Shown here: positions 62,201 to 64,000 of the stretch, one piece after another
How positions within the stretch are numbered: the first letter of the stretch is position 1
Layout: every line of letters starts with the position of its first letter
Source: Haplodiscus bocki
Lineage: Eukaryota
DNA: 64,000 nucleotides
Reading direction: 5' to 3'
NCBI GenBank assembly: GCA_965655095.1
Contig: OZ296649.1
Coordinates: 56,358,001-56,422,000, forward strand
The notes under the pieces: generated by a model
What the model saw: the letters and a program-made list of their open reading frames with translations, nothing else
Told to the model about the DNA's origin: nothing
The model's database searches: none
Program-made: the position numbers and the translations under genes

Positions 62201-64000
62201 AACAAAGATAAATGTTCGACTTCAACAATGGTGTCGATTACTCGACGATATTTGACTCAATTGTTTTCTTGATTGTTTTGCACTTTTGTGCATTTTACAA
62301 GCAGAAACTGAATGAATTAAATTTCTCTAATTGTTCAATCAGGATTTTTCGTTGTGCAGTGGTGCCTTCAAAAATCAGTTATACGTGTTCGATTTGTTCA
62401 CTGGTTTTCCGTTGGCATGAGTGATGTGAAGGCCAGCTGCGCCTCTGTGTAAAAAGTATGCAATACAAGCCTGGAAGCCTTATGTTACTTTTAAGCTGAA
62501 AGACTTTCAGTTTTATGAAAATTTTTCGATAGATTCCTTTCGGAGGGTGTTTCTTGAAAAAAAATGCGATTGTGAATTCCAAACACTTTTGTCTCACTAA
62601 TAGCCCACTGGGATTCTAAAGCAGAAATTATTTTCGGTAAAATTTGTCTTTTCGCAGTGCGGTTGACCAAGAAAACGAGGCACTGTAATAGTAGGATATT
62701 TTACCTCATAAAAGACGACAAAATATACAATCTCAGTACCAATATCCTGATATGTTGTGTTGCTTGTGCGATTTTCGTAAACTAAAGTTTTAACCCTTAT
62801 TTTAGTGCAGCGACAAAACTTGATTTGCTAAAATCTTTCCCTTTTACAGTACAGATGTGGAAGTTCGAGTCACTCTGTTTCTTCCTTCCACAATTTTAAC
62901 TCTAACACTCTTGGATATTCTTCCAGTTTCATTTGGTTTACTGGTGCTTTCAAATTTGAATTGCATGCTTACATTCGAATGCAATTGCTGGAACTGTACT
63001 TTTTTGAGCACCTCTTTTCCCCACTGACAGAAAATTTGAATTTTTTTCATTGTCATCTTGAAGGTGTGTGGCAGTTTTTAAAGAAAGTTGCCGTGACGTT
63101 TTCTTCCTATTTATGCGTCAGCAACATCAAGTGTTTGATTTTCGAAAAGCTTTTTTTCTGTGTAGCAACTGTTACGGAGCAGAATCGTCAAACACTTTTT
63201 TCCCCGATCCGTTTAAAACCGGCGTCGACCGTTCAGATGTTCACTAATACGCTAGATCAAATTTGGCGGGAATTTCACTTTGCTTGTTGCTTCAGTTTTT
63301 TTGCAAGCAGTCAATTGAAATGCAAATAAACGGGGAAGCAATTAGCTATCAAACAAATATAATTTTATAACTTCAGTAGTTGTTCAACAATTGACAATTG
63401 TTGATTTTAACTAGACTTTCTGCTTATTTGTGTTTGGACATTTGTTTTTCGGAGAGCATTCTTCCACTGGTGAATGAAAAGTCAACAAAATGTAGAAAAT
63501 TCAGATAGGCGAAAACTTCCATTCTGGTAATTTTTTAATGCCGAAATGTTTACTGTGTAATTAATAAATTCAGAGAAAATTTTCTGTCTTTCTGCTGAGT
63601 TTTTTTTTCTCGAAGACGAGTGTTCGTATTTTGACAATCCAATGCCCATTCGAAGTCTTGCAATATGGAAGAACTGTTGTAGCAGCGATGCCTCATTTCA
63701 TATTTTTAGGGCTTTTTTCTTTCACTTTTTAGTCTGAAATTCAATTCTGCTTGTGTAATTTTCAAAGAATGCTGCTTGGATTGCAGCTATGCTATGCTCA
63801 TTCAGAAGCTCAATTTATGAGGAATCGGCGAAGAAGCGGGGATGTACATTTTCATGCTCAGTGAGAGGTATCTTGGCCTATATTCCGCAAGTAAAAGTCG
63901 AAAAGTTTTCACTTGCCTTTTTTCCACTATTGTTTTTCTCAAAGACGGCCGATTGGATTGCGGCTCTCCACTGTGCACTTGCAAGCCCGTTATGTCCAGT

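Noticed and set aside
61132-62960. Downstream exons of the third gene after acceptor-like sites at ~61131 and ~62849
   Set aside because: No convincing phase-0 reading frame with a donor and plausible peptide was found, and the surrounding sequence looks like TE debris.

Overview
AT-rich animal (eukaryotic) genomic DNA with spliceosomal GT-AG introns; the taxon cannot be fixed from this window. There are three host genes, all on the + strand. (1) A 9-exon ribonucleotide reductase small subunit (R2, RRM2/RRM2B-like, 352 aa, 2125-17559). (2) About 460 bp downstream, a 5-exon RUN + coiled-coil + PX protein (SNX29-like, ~745 aa, 18024-34735). (3) The probable first coding exon of an unidentified gene (35397-35534), with no further exons found in the window. 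The large introns (11.5 kb, 13.6 kb and probably >28 kb) hold mostly antisense, decayed transposons: CR1/L2-group LINEs, a BEL/Pao gag-protease remnant, a MULE transposase remnant, possible Penelope and hAT remnants, MITEs, tRNA-derived heads and satellites. The most striking structure is a young ~12 kb macrosatellite (38.2-50.05 kb). Its unit is a chimera of two LINE-containing loci about 15 kb apart, and it was amplified in two rounds (~2447 bp, then ~2124 bp units). Other points of interest are an in-frame TAA-ATG uORF at the R2 start, a possible operon-like R2-SNX29 junction, and an SGNH-like ORF family lying directly upstream of LINE 5' ends. I found no CRISPR array, intact tRNA or rRNA. 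All calls come from manual reading; no database searches were run.
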